Shown here: positions 38,305 through 57,473 of the stretch, piece after piece
Layout of the letters: every line of letters begins with the position of its first letter
How positions within the stretch are numbered: the first letter of the stretch is position 1
Notes under the pieces: model-generated
The model's input: the letters and a program-made list of their open reading frames with translations, nothing else
Database searches by the model: none
What the model was told of the DNA's origin: nothing
Position numbers and translations under genes: made by a program
NCBI RefSeq assembly: GCF_009914755.1
Contig: NC_060945.1
Origin: the human T2T-CHM13v2.0 reference genome, Homo sapiens
DNA length: 64,000 nucleotides
Strand: one strand, 5' to 3'

Positions 38305-38835
38305 CAAGGTGTGGGGTCCCTAAGACCCCTCTCACGTTCAATAACGAGCCAGAAGGACCCACAGACGCTGGGGAGTGGCAATGCTCACTTATGGTTTATT
38401 AAGCAACAGTCTACAGACTAAACCAGCCAGGGGGAGGGACGCAGCTGCATCCAGGACAGCTCTGAGCCCAGGGCATCCGGCCAGTCCCTCCCTGTGGAGG
38501 TGTGGGTGGCACTCCATCCTCCCGGTGATGATGTGTGGCCTCATGCATGGAGGCACGTCCCCAGAGAGGCTCGCGGGCCTTGGTGTCTACTGGAGGTCAG
38601 TCACAGAGGCGAGGCTGACACCACATGGTTGACCTCAGTCTCCAGCCCTCCAAAGGTCAAACTGAAAACTGCCCGGGGCCCCACCCCAAATCACACTGTG
38701 GGACCACCTGGCATGGCCCAGGCCCCAGGAACAAAGACACCCTCATCAGGCGGACATTCCAAGGGCTCAGAGGCTATCTCCCTGGAGCTGGGCGAGGCCA
38801 AGCTGCCCCCCAGGTGGGGCGAATCCCTTACTGTG
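38305..38835 (-). mobile_element. MER21-like LTR
   Basis: ggggtccctaagacc...tatggtttatt...gacattccaagggctcagagg motifs; boundaries approximate. Confidence 0.65.
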
Positions 38836-39542
38836 TGGGGTCTCCACTGTGCCCCCACGGTGCCTGCACCTGCTGGCAGCCGGTGAATGGGAACTAGGTC
38901 CTTGGAACCCTCAGGGCAGTGGTGAGGGGGTGGGGTCAGCCCACGGGGCAGTGGTCCTGGCTTAGACTTACCTCTGCTCTCTAACCTTGGTGGACCACCA
39001 GGCCCCCAGTTACCCCAGTTAGAAAGCAGTGTGCACTGTGTAAATACCACTGCCTACTGGGGCCCTGGGGGAGGCACCGGCGTCCCCAGGAAGGAAGATC
39101 AGGTCCAGGACTTGGCGGGGCCTGGGAGCTGTGCTGTGGCCCTGGCTCTGCTGGGCTCTCCTTGGCTCTCCTCTTGCCACAGGGCTTCTGCCACCAGACC
39201 CTCTCTACAAGGGGCCAGAGGCCTCCATGCACCCCCAGCCCCAGCCCCATGGGCAGCAGCCTGAGAGCAGAGGGGGCACTTCCTTCTCCCTGCATCTGTC
39301 TGTGATCCAGGGAGGGCCCTGGTTGGTCCTGCTGGTCACCTGCCCCACCTGTCCAGCTGCTGGGTCCTGGGGCCTGGGGCTAGGGAGGGTGTGGGGACTC
39401 CTGCCAAGTAGGCCAAATGGGGGCTCCCACAGCCCCTGCCAGGTCCTGCACTCTTGGCCTGCTAAAGAAACAGTGTGGCCCCTGACAGAACAAAGATCCT
39501 TGTGGGAAGGCAGCTGGCGCCTGACATTGAGGGCGCTGCTCC

Positions 39543-40551
39543 AACACACACACACATGCACACACATGCATACACATACAGGTACATGCACACACATGTA
39601 CACATGCACACAAATGCACACACACATAGGCACACACACATACATACATGCATATGTACACACATACATGCACACACATGCACACAGTACACACATAGGC
39701 ACACACATTCATGCATATGTATACACACATGCACACATGCACACACATGCATACACACATGCATACACATACATGCACACATATACACATGCATACACAC
39801 ATATGCATGGACACACATACATGCATATAGAGATGCACACACATGCATACACATATACATGCATGCACACATACAAATATACACAGATAAACACATGTAT
39901 ACACATGCACACACATGCATACACACATTACACGTGTGCATACACACAAATATACACATACATACACATGCACATACATATACAGCACACACATGCATAC
40001 ACACATACACATGTACACAATATACACATACACATATGCACACATACATACACACATGCACATACACATGCATACACACATACACATACACACATGCACA
40101 TACACAAATATACACATCACCCAAGCACATATACACATATACATACATATGCACATGAACAAACATGTACACACATACACACACATATATACATATGCAC
40201 ACATGAATGAACATACACATATGAACACACACATACAGACACATACACATATATACACATGCACACACAAAAACATGCAAATACACATATACACAGAGAC
40301 ACACAGATACACATACACATGCACACACACAAACATGCATACATACACAATACATGCAAATGTATGTGCATACACATATACATGCACACATACATGCACA
40401 TACACATATACACACATGCATACACATACAAATACATGCAGACACATACAGAATGCACACATACATACACACACATATGTGCACACATACATATTCACAC
40501 GTATACACACATACATGCAGAATATATGTACATACACATATATGCACACAC
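39543..40551. repeat. About 1-kb degenerate (CA/TA)n alternating purine-pyrimidine tract
   Basis: Direct reading. Confidence 0.95.
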
Positions 40552-40680
40552 AGGTGCTGAGTGAGCAGGGGGCCGAGGTAGCTGCTGCCAGCGCTATTCT
40601 GCATTGTTCCTCCACGTCCTGTTCCCATCTCCCTCACTGACCCAGCTCTCTTCAGATCAGAACCAATGTTCGGATTTGCT

Positions 40681-41190
40681 GACCGTGATGATAGTGATGA
40701 TAGTGATAGTGATGATAGTGACAGTGATGATAGTGACGGTGATAGTGATGATAGTGACAGTGACTGTGATTGTGATGATGATAGTGGATAGTGATATGAC
40801 AGCGATGGTGACAGCAAGGATAGTGATGATAGTGACAGTGATAGTGATGATAGTGACAGTGACTGTGATGATAGTGGATAGTGATATGACAGTGATGGTG
40901 ACAGCAAGGGTAGTGATGATAGTGACAGTGATAGTGATGATAGTGACAGTGACTGTGATGATAGTGGATAGTGATATGACAGTGATGGTGACAGCAAGGA
41001 TAGTGATGATAGTGACAGTGATAGTGATGATAGTGACAGTGACTGTGATGATAGTGGATAGTGATATGACAGTGATGGTGACAGCAAGGGTAGTGATGAT
41101 AGTGACAGTGATAGTGATGATAGTGACAGTGACTGTGATGATGATAGTGGATAGTGATGTGACAGTGACAGTGAGGATAGTAAGAGTGAC
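40681..41190. repeat. (GTGATA/GTGACA)n repeat with a 90-bp higher-order unit
   Basis: Marker acagcaagg recurs every 90 bp (about 40811, 40901, 40991, 41081). Confidence 0.92.
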
Positions 41191-41227
41191 AACCTGTCTG
41201 CCTTCCTACCGCCCCTCTTCCCAGTAG

Positions 41228-41346
41228 CTCTTCTATGACCCTGACGAGTGCGGGCTGATGAAGAAGGCAGCCTTGTACTTCAGTGACTTCTGGAATAAGC
41301 TGGACGTCGGCGCAATCTTGCTCTTCGTGGCAGGGCTGACCTGCAG
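41228..41346 (+). CDS. TRPM2: TRPM2 exon 17 (LFYDPDEC...FWNKLDVGAILLFVAGLTC; S3)
   Basis: Acceptor CAGTAG (distal AG needed for full length), donor GTGAGT; 119 nt. Confidence 0.96.
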
Positions 41347-41748
41347 GTGAGTGGCCTCACCCCGATGGCGGGCCCGTCTGAGGCAGCCAGCCCTGCAGGG
41401 GATGAGCACAGGCCGGGCCCAGAACCAGCCACACCGGGTGAGGCTCAGCTCGTCTGTGAACCCTGGATTGTCATCTGTCCAATGGGTGTCCAGGCAACAG
41501 CGCCCCACCTACCCTTGGGATTGTTGAGGGAGCACAGAAGGGGCATGAGAGCTCCTGGCAGAGCTGAGATTGTCCATGTGCAAGGGGCCATAGATGGCAA
41601 CCTCTGGAATTGTCCCAGCTCCACGGACACGCGGCTGCCGCTTTCTCCCTCTGCCTCCCTACTGTGGGCTCACTGCACTGCCTGTGATGCTCTCGTGTCT
41701 CTGCGAGGCCGCGGCCCCCTTTCTCGGAGGCAATAGGGCCCTGGCTAA

Positions 41749-42473
<725 letters not shown>

Positions 42474-42679
42474 CCTCTTGCACTTTGTGGTGCTAGCACA
42501 AAGATGTCGGCAGTCCACGAGGGTGTGGGGGCAGCCCCAGGACTGCTCCTGGGAGCCTCCTGCATGCCGTGTCTGTGCTGTGAGTGGCAGTGCTGTCTCC
42601 ACCGCTGCTGGGCCTGCCTCTGGGCCCAGTGAGCATCGGGGGCCAGGAGAGTGTAGCCCACACACTCTCTGTCCTGCAG

Positions 42680-42851
42680 ATGAAGGACGTCTTCTTCTTC
42701 CTCTTCCTGCTGGCTGTGTGGGTGGTGTCCTTCGGGGTGGCCAAGCAGGCCATCCTCATCCACAACGAGCGCCGGGTGGACTGGCTGTTCCGAGGGGCCG
42801 TCTACCACTCCTACCTCACCATCTTCGGGCAGATCCCGGGCTACATCGACG
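42680..42851 (+). CDS. TRPM2: TRPM2 exon 19 (S5, pore helix, filter FGQI)
   Basis: ctgcAG / GTAGGA; 172 nt. Confidence 0.97.
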
Positions 42852-43215
42852 GTAGGAGCCGGGCGCCATGGGAGCTCGGGTGGTGCTGCCGGGAAGCAGG
42901 AGAGAGGCTGGAAAGGGGCCGCATGAGTGGGAGTGAGGCCGGCTCCATCAGGGGGTCCTGCGGTTCCCACCTGGCCGGTGTCCTCCCTGGGGGCATTCAT
43001 TCCCCAGCTCCTGTGGCAGGAAGTAGAAGGGGCCCCACCAGGGGAGGGAGGAGGGGGGCCTGGTGGGGGTGAGTGGTGCCACGCAGAGGTCAGAGTGGGC
43101 CGAGGGCACCTGGGGCATCAGCTGACAGCCCCCTGAAATGGAATGTCACCCTGTATCCCCTTTCCCTCTCACCTCAATCAGAAATAACTTCCTTCTTCTC
43201 TTGATGGAAATAATT

Positions 43216-46211
43216 CATTCCTCCCTTCCTCCCTCCTTCCCTACCTCCTTCCCTTTCCTCCCCTCCCCCCTCCCTCCCTCCCTCCTCACTCCCTTCCTCC
43301 CTCCCTCCCTTCCTCCCTCCCTCCCTCCCTCCCTCCCTCCCTCCCTTCCTCCCTTCCTCCCTCCCTCCCTCCCTTCCTCCCTCCCTCCCTCCCTTCCTCC
43401 CTCCCTTCCTCCCTCCCTCCCTTCCTCCCTCCCTCCCTCCCTTCCTCCCTCCCTCCCTCCCTCCCTCCCTCCCTTCCTCCCTCCCTCCCTCCCTCCCTTC
43501 CTCCCTCCCTCCCTTCCTCCCTTCCTCCTCCCTCCTTTCCTCCCTCCCTTCCTTCCTCCCTCCCTCCCTTCCTTCCTCCCTCCCTCCCTCCCTTCCTTCC
43601 TCCCTCCCTCCCTCCCTTCCTCCCTCCCTCCCTCCCTCCCTTCCTCCCTCCCTTCCTCCCTCCCTCCCTCCCTTCCTCCCTCCCTCCCTCCCTCCCTCCC
43701 TCCCTCCCTTCCTCCCTCCCTCCCTTCCTCCCTCCCTTCCTCCCTCCCTCCCTCCCTTCCTCCCTCCCTCCCTTCCTCCCTCCCTCCCTTCCTCCCTTCC
43801 TCCTCCCTCCTTTCTTCCCTCCCTCCCTCCCTCCCTTCCTTCCTCCCTCCCTCCCTCCCTTCCTTCCTCCCTCCCTCCCTCCCTCCCTCCTTTCCTTCCT
43901 CCCTTCCTCCCTCCCTACTTTCCTCCCTCCCTCCCTCCCTCCCTCCCTTCCTCCCTCCTTTCCTTCCTCCCTTCCTCCCTCCCTCCTTTCCTTCCTCCCT
44001 TCCTCCCTCCCTCCTTTCCTCCCTCCCTCCCTCCTCCCTTCCTCCCTCCCTCCCTCCTCCCTCCCTTCCTCCCCTCCCTTCCTCCTCCCTCCCTTCCTCC
44101 CTCCCTCCCTTCCTCCCTCCCTCCCTCCTTCCTCCCTCCCTCCCTCCCTCCCTTCCTCCCTCCCTCCCTCCCTCCCTCCCTTCCTCCCTCCCTCCGTCCC
44201 TCCCTCCCTCCCTCCCTCCCTCCCTCCTCCTCCCTCCCTCCCTCCCTCCCTTCCTCCCTCCCTCCCTTCCTCCCTCCCTCCCTCCCTCCCTCCCTCCTCC
44301 CTCCCTCTCCTCCCTCCCTTCCTCCTCCCCCTCCTCCTCCCTCCCTTCCTCCCTCCCTCCTCCCTCCTCCTCCTCCCTCCCTCCCTTCCCTCCCTCCCTC
44401 CCTCCCTCCTTCCTCCCTCCCTTCCTCCTCCCTCCCTCCCTCCCTCCCTCCCTCCTCCCTCCCTCTCCTCCCTCCCTCCCTCCCTTCCCTCCCTCCCTCC
44501 CTCCCTTCCTCCCTCCCTCCCTCCCTCCCTCCCTTCCTCCCTCCCTCCCTCCCTTCCTCCCTCCCTCCCTCCCTTCCTCCTCCCTCCTCCCTCCCTCCCT
44601 CCCTTCCTCCCTCCCTCCCTCCCTTCCCTCCCTCCCTCCTCCCTCCCTCCCTTCCTCCCTCCCTCCCTCCCTTCCTCCTCCCTCCCTCCCTTCCTCCCTC
44701 CCTCCCTCCCTCCCTCCCTTCCTCCCTCCCTTCCTCCCTCCCTCCCTCCCTCCCTCCTCCCTTCCTCCCTTCCTCCCTCCCTCCCTTCCTCCTTCCTCCC
44801 TCCCTCCCTCCCTCCCTCCCTTCCTCCCTCCCTCCCTCCCTCCCTCCCTCTCCTTCCCTCCTCCCTCCCTCCCTCCCTCCTCCCTCCTCCTCCCTCCTCC
44901 CTCCCTCCCTCCTCCCTCCCTCCCTCCCTCCCTCCCTCCTCCTCCCTCCCTCCTCTCCTCCCTCCCTCCTCCTCCTCCCTCCTCCTCCCTCCTCCTCCCT
45001 TCCTCCCTCCCTCCCTCCCTTCCTCCCTCCCTTCCTCCCTCCCTCCCTCCTCCTCCCTCCTCCCTTCCTCCCTCCCTCCTCCCTCCCTCCTCCTTCCTCC
45101 CTCCCTCCCTCCCTCCCTCCTCCCTCCCTCCTTCCTCCCTTCCTCCCTCCCTTCCCTCCCTCCCTCCCTCCTCCCTCCCTCCCTCCTCCCTCCCTTCCTC
45201 CCTCCCTCCCTCCCTCCTCCCTCCCTTCCTCCCTCCCTCCCTTCCTCCCTCCTCCCTCCCTCCCTTCCTCCCTCCCTCCCTCCCTCCCTCCCTTCCTCCC
45301 TTCCTCCCTCCCTCCTTCCTCCTCCCTCCCTCCCTCCCTCCCTTCCTTCCTCCCTCCCTCCCTCCCTCCTTCCTCCTCCTTCCTCCCTCCCTCCTTTCCT
45401 CCCTCCCTCCCTCCTCCTTCCTTCCTCCCTCCCTCCCTCCCTCCCTCCCTCCCTCCTCTCCCTCCCTCCCTCCCTTCCTCCCTCCCTTCCTCCTCCCTCC
45501 CTCCCTCCCTCCCTCCTTTCCTCCCTCCCTCCCTCCCTTCCTCCCTCCCTCCCTCCCTCCCTCCCTTCCTCCCTCCCTCCCTCCCTCCCTTCCTCCTCCC
45601 TCCCTCCCTCCCTCCCTCCCTTCCTCCCTCCCTCCCTTCCTCCCTCCCTCCCTCCCTCCCTTCCTCCCTCCCTCCTTCCTCCCTCCTTCCTCCCTCCCTC
45701 CCTCCCTTCCTCCCTCCCTCCCTCCCTTCCTCCCTCCCTCCCTTCCTTCCTCCCTCCCTCCCTCCCTCCCTCCCTTCCTCCCTTCCTCCCTCCCTCCCTC
45801 CCTTCCTCCCTCCCTCCTTCCTCCCTCCCTCCTCCCTTCCTCCCTCCCTCCTTCCTCCCTCCCTCCTCCCTCCCTCCCTCCCTCCTTCCTCCCTCCCTCC
45901 CTCCCTTCCTTCCTCCCTCCCTCCCTCCCTTCCTCCCTCCCTCCCTTCCTTCCTCCCTCCTCCCTCCCTCCCTCCCTCCCTCCCTTCCTCCCTCCCTCCC
46001 TCCCTTCCTCCCTCCCTCCCTCCCTCCCTCCCTCCTCCCTTCCTCCCTCCCTCCCTCCCTCCCTCCCTTCCTCCCTCCCTCCCTCCCTTCCTCCCTCCCT
46101 TCCTTCCTCCCTCCTTTCCTCCCTCCCTCCCTTCCTCCCTCCCTCCCTTCCTCCCTCCCTCCCTCCCTTCCTCCCTCCCTCCCTTCCTCCCTTCCTCCCT
46201 TCCTTCCTTCC
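43216..46211. repeat. About 3-kb C/T tract (CCCT/CCT/CCTT)
   Basis: Almost no purines; abuts the tail of an antisense Alu (about 46212-46476). Confidence 0.97.
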
Positions 46212-46529
46212 ATTTTTTGACAGGGTTTTGCTCTGTCACCCAGGCTGGAGTGCAGTGGCACGTCCACCTCCTGCGCTCAAGTCCTCCTCCCACCCGTCTG
46301 CTGAGTAGCTGGGACTGCATGTGCACGCCAACACACCCGGCTAATTTTTGTATTTTTTGTAGAGATGGGGGTTTCAGCATGTGGCCCAGGCTAGTATCGA
46401 ACTCTTGAGCTCAAGTGATCCACCCCCTTGGCCTCCCAAAGTGCTGAGATTACAGGCGTGAGCCACCATGCCTGCCAGAGAGAACACTTTTCATATAGAA
46501 GGTTTTTTTTTTTTTTTTTTTTTTTTTAA

Positions 46530-51910
<5,381 letters not shown>

Positions 51911-52039
51911 CAGAGTGCGTTTCTATCTTAGAAAATTAGTAACACATTCAAAATAGGTTTGATTACCCAATAATGCATTGCTCATTGTTGAACAATTTTA
52001 AAATTCAAGATAAGTATAAGGAAAGAATGTTATTCATAA

Positions 52040-52804
<765 letters not shown>

Positions 52805-52941
52805 TGAGGTCACCCAAATGAGCAGCATCAGGCCTGCGGGGGACCTGGCAGTGACTGGAGGCCTCGAGGGCCCCCTCCTGCCAAGCTCCTCTTGACTCTG
52901 TGTTGTTTTCTTGGCTCACCCACCCCCATTCCCAACGCCAG

Positions 52942-53125
52942 GTGTGAACTTCAACCCGGAGCACTGCAGCCCCAATGGCACCGACCCCTACAAGCCTAAG
53001 TGCCCCGAGAGCGACGCGACGCAGCAGAGGCCGGCCTTCCCTGAGTGGCTGACGGTCCTCCTACTCTGCCTCTACCTGCTCTTCACCAACATCCTGCTGC
53101 TCAACCTCCTCATCGCCATGTTCAA
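52942..53125 (+). CDS. TRPM2: TRPM2 exon 20 (outer pore loop with C996/C1008; S6 NILLLNLLIAMF)
   Basis: gccAG / GTGAGC; 184 nt. Confidence 0.97.
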
Positions 53126-53580
53126 GTGAGCGCCTGGGTGGGGCTGGCGTGCAGGTGGGTGGGTGGGCGGCGTTCCTGGGCCGCAGTGGCCATGCTGTCT
53201 CCAGGGTCTCGTGGACAGTGTGGATGATGGGCTGGTGCACAGAGGCGCGTCACTCATATCCTGGTGGAGTGTGCACAGCCACTCTCTGTGGTCACTGCTG
53301 CGTCTCTTGAGCTGGCGTGAGTCTGTCTCTTGAGCTGGCGTGGGTCTGTCCTTGTGGCTGCTGGGGACCCGCGGTGCTGTGGATCCACAAGGGCCCTGCT
53401 CACGGTGCTGCTGCGGAGGCAGCCTCCTCCCGCAGGGCAGGGATGTTGGTGTCAGCCTCGTTCCTTCTGCGCAGGCGCAGCATTATTCATGGGCTCACTG
53501 CTCTACCCGGGGAGCGTGCTGGGGCCGCTGCTGCTCAGGGCTGTCCCCTTGTCACCCCAAGGGCTCTGCCTGTGTCTCCC

Positions 53581-54030
53581 TGTTACTGAGCAAAAGGGCT
53601 CGCTGCCCGATGTGCAGGAGGCCAATACTATGACACCAGGTTTTTGAGAAAAGAAAAGCTTTTATTCTAGGCCAACCCACAAGGAGACAGGGGCGCAGTT
53701 CACGTCTGTCTCCCCGCGCTGGCTTTAATGCAGTGTTTCTATTAGGGAAGGTTCGGGGGTGGGTTCTTGGATGAGTAAGTGGCTGGTGGAAGAAAAGGGG
53801 GTTCTGGAAAGTTATGTCTCCTCATAGGTCTCGTGTGCACATTTGGGCGGAGTTACTGGGACCCTGGGGTGGAAACTCGGGCTGTGCAGACTCCAGCTGG
53901 CCACAGTGGTTCCAGCTGTGACCTCAGCCAGTTCCAAAAGCTCCTGCAAGCGAGTCTCAGCATCCCAGCAGGTGGCTTCTTTTCCCGTCTGCCATCTGTA
54001 AGTGTGAGCATTTCGGTTAGTTGCTGGGTT
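53581..54030 (-). mobile_element. Probable ERV1-class LTR fragment with an intact - strand AATAAA
   Basis: Begins tgttactgagc (LTR-like ...taaca end on the - strand); tttatt at 53661-53666; subfamily not assigned. Confidence 0.55.
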
Positions 54031-54271
54031 CTTTAGCTCTTTGGGGCCGGTTCCCCAGCCCTAGACGTGTTCCTGCTGCCCCCACCGTGTGCCTCAGACG
54101 GCGCTGGCTCTGCGGTGCCTTCCCCAGAGCTCCGATCCATCTGTGGACGGCTCTGTGTCTGCCCTCCCGTGCCATTGGGGTCTTCCTCATCTGCACGTCT
54201 TCACGTGCTTTGCTGGTTTTGTGGATTTGCACACACGTGTCCACCTCCTCTGGGCCTGGTGTTTGTGGCAT

Positions 54272-54703
54272 CTGTGGCAGTTTGAATAACAGCCCCAGGG
54301 AGGTCCACACTCGAACCCTGTGGCTATGGGGCCCTATGTGGCAAAAGGGACTGGGAGGGTGGGGTTAAGTGGAGGATCCTGAGGTGGGAAATTATCTGGG
54401 GTTATCTGCATGGGCCCGACATCATCATGAGGGGCCGTGGAAGAGGGAGGCGGAGAAGGAATGTGACGGTGGCAGTGAGCGTCGGCGGGAGGGGAGAGCC
54501 TCAGCCCAGGAATGCAGGCAGCCTCTGGAAGGCAGGAAAGGCAAGGCATGGAGGCTCCCGACCTACGGGAGGAGCACAGCCCTGCCGAACCTTGGTTTTA
54601 GCCCAGTGAGACTCCTGACCTCCAGGACTGAGAGAAGAGTCTGATTGCTTTAAGCTGCCAAGGCCGTGGCGGTTCACTACAGCAGCATCAGGAGACCCAT
54701 GCA
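54272..54703 (+). mobile_element. MLT1 (D-like) LTR
   Basis: tgtggcag...gagcctcagcccaggaatgcaggcagcctctgga...agcagcatcaggaga. Confidence 0.72.
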
Positions 54704-55774
54704 GTAGCTGTTTCTTCTCTTTGAAAATGTCTAGGATTTTCTTTAAATCCTAGTGTCTTGAAGTCTTATCATAGAACTTTTGGAATGTTATTTGCTATTG
54801 TTGCTTTTGAAACAAGGAGTACAAAATAGGTGGCTGTCCATCCGGCCCCTGGTGGACGTGGTCCTCTGGGGTCGTATCTCTGATCAGCCGCAGCAGCTGT
54901 GGGCCCCAGGCTTTGGGGGTTCTGTTTTGCTCTTGCAGCTTTTAAACTTAGAACAAATTAAATGCTGAGGACCTCACACCAGAGGCAGCATAAAAAAGAA
55001 CTCCAGGGAACCAGGAGGCCACGCAGAATGAAAACACAGGTGTTTGGGGTCCTAGTGGGCCCCAGGGTTGGCTCTGGGGGTTCTGTGGCCAATTCCTAGC
55101 CCTGACAGTGGAGCTGAGGAGCCCAGCACGGCTGCGGAGCTGTCATGGTCCACAGAAAGCCCAGTCTCCCCACGTTGCCCCCATAATTCAGAAAGCCTCC
55201 CAGGCCCTCAGAGCCCTTCCCAGCATCTGCAGACAGACCCTGTGCTACCCAGGACTCTGAAAATCCTTGTGTTCCTGGTTTTGTTAGGAACCAACCGTTT
55301 CTCTTCTTGTTTCATTGGCTAAGTTGCTGAGGTTGCCACCTTTCAGAACGTGGGTTCTGAACATTGAGAGAACCCGAGCATGGGCCAGGACTGTCATCTC
55401 GAGGCCAAGGGGCTGGTGGCAGGACACTGTCCCTGCAGCAAGTATGGCACCCACACTTCCGGCTCCCACTGCGGAGGGCTCTGTGCCTGTCACCCTGAGA
55501 CACACCAAGGAGGCCCCTGCAGCCCTGCCCCTTCCACATGCACCCCTGGAGGGTCTGGCTCTTGTGCTCGTCAGAATCCACAGATCAGGTCCTAGAGTTC
55601 AGTGCCAGACAGTGTCTGTCTCCTGATAAACACCCACTTCGTGTTATTAGCCAGTGAGGCTTATAATATCGAAAGTCTGTGTGCTTCTCCTTTTTTCTTG
55701 CTTTGGTTCCCAGGAAGCCTGGAATTGTGAGGTCTGTGGGCTGAGTTCTGTGCCTGGAGCTGGCCTCCCGTGTG

Positions 55775-56908
55775 GCGTGGCTCTGCTCTCTGTGGCATCA
55801 CAGTGGGCACGTGGGCATGGCTCTGCTCTCTGTGGCATCACAGTGGGCACGTGGGCATGGCTCTGCTCTCTGGCATCACAGTGGGCACGTGGGCATGGCT
55901 CTGCTCTCTGTGGCATCACAGTGGGCACGTGGGTGTGGCTCTGCTCTCTGTGGCATCACAGTGTGCACGTGGGCGTGGCTCTGCTCTCTGGCATCACAGT
56001 GGGCACGTGGGCGTGGCTCTGCTCTCTGTGGCATCACAGTGTGCACGTGGGCATGGCTCTGCTCTCTGGCATCACAGTGGGCACGTGGGCATGGCTCTGC
56101 TCTCTGTGGCATCACAGTGGGCACGTGGGCATGGCTCTGCTCTCTGTGGCATCACAGTGGGCATGTGGGCATGGCTCTGCTCTCTGGCATCACAGTGGGC
56201 ACGTGGGCGTGGCTCTGCTATCTGTGGCATCACAGTGGGCACGTGGGCGTGGCTCTGCTCTCTGGCATCACAGTGGGCACAAGGGCGTGGCTCTGCTCTC
56301 TGTGGCATCACAGTGTGCATGTGGGCGTGGCTCTGCTCTCTGGCATCACAGTGGGCACAAGGGCGTGGCTCTGCTCTCTGGCATCACAGTGGGCACGTGG
56401 GCGTGGCTCTGCTCTCTGGCATCACAGTGGGCACGTGGGCGTGGCTCTGCTCTCTGTGGCATCACAGTGGGCACGTGGGCGTGGCTCTGCTCTCTGGCAT
56501 CACAGTGTGCACGTGGGCGTGGCTCTGCTCTCTGGCATCACAGTGGGCACGTGGGCGTGGCTCTGCTCTCTGTGGCATCATAGTGGGCACGTGGGCATGG
56601 CTCTGCTCTCTGGCATCACAGTGGGCACGTGGGCGTGGCTCTGCTCTCTGTGGCATCACAGTGGGCACGTGGGCGTGGCTCTGCTCTCTGGCATCACAGT
56701 GGGCACGTGGGCGTGGCTCTGCTCTCTGTGGCATCACAGTGGGCACGTGGGCGTGGCTCTGCTCTCTGTGGCATCACAGTGGGCACGTGGGCGTGGCTCT
56801 GCTCTCTGTGACATCACAGTGGGCATGTGGGTGTGGCTCTGCTCTCTGTGGCATCACAGTGGGCATGTGGGCGTGGCTCTGCTCTCTGTGGCATCACAGT
56901 GGGCACGC
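55775..56908. repeat. 40/38-bp VNTR, about 29 copies, with CACGTG in most units
   Basis: Unit gtggctctgctctct(gt)ggcatcacagtgggcacgtgggc. Confidence 0.96.
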
Positions 56909-56977
56909 AGGCGGTGAGAGGGGTCTGTTCTGGGTAAACACCCTGACCTCGAGGTGTTGCTTTCTCCTCCCTGACAG

Positions 56978-57159
56978 CTACACCTTCCAGCAGGTGCAGG
57001 AGCACACGGACCAGATTTGGAAGTTCCAGCGCCATGACCTGATCGAGGAGTACCACGGCCGCCCCGCCGCGCCGCCCCCCTTCATCCTCCTCAGCCACCT
57101 GCAGCTCTTCATCAAGAGGGTGGTCCTGAAGACTCCGGCCAAGAGGCACAAGCAGCTCA
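56978..57159 (+). CDS. TRPM2: TRPM2 exon 21 (TRP helix WKFQR, PPPF)
   Basis: gacAG / GTATGC; 182 nt. Confidence 0.96.
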
Positions 57160-57473
57160 GTATGCCAGCCCCAGTGCCTCTCCTGAATGTCCTGGCCACC
57201 CGGGTGCAGAGGGGGTGGAGATGGCATGGCAGCTCTGCCCAGAACCCTGGACGCTCAGCAGGCGTGCAGGTCACTCAGGCTGCTGGCCTTCTGCTGGCCT
57301 TGAGCAAGTGGTGGGGGCTGAGCCCAGAGGCCCCCTTGGGGGCAGGTGTGCGATGGGCTCTTCCTGCCACTCAGGACTGGCCCCCTCCCACGGGGCCCCC
57401 CCGGTGGGTCAGGGCTTCAGGGCCCACCTCCTGAGGATTCCAGGTCCCCTGGTCTGTCCGCCCACCCTGACAG

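Noticed and set aside
43138-46380. ORFs of 821-1056 aa (Pro/Ser/Leu or Gly/Arg/Glu rich)
   Set aside because: A C/T-only tract cannot contain stops; translation artefact
52942-53125. P1018L pore-loop variant
   Set aside because: Codon reads CCG (Pro), the common allele
55654-57434. 554-aa ORF running from the VNTR in frame into exon 21
   Set aside because: Non-ATG start, frame depends on the 38/40-bp unit mix, and it crosses a canonical acceptor
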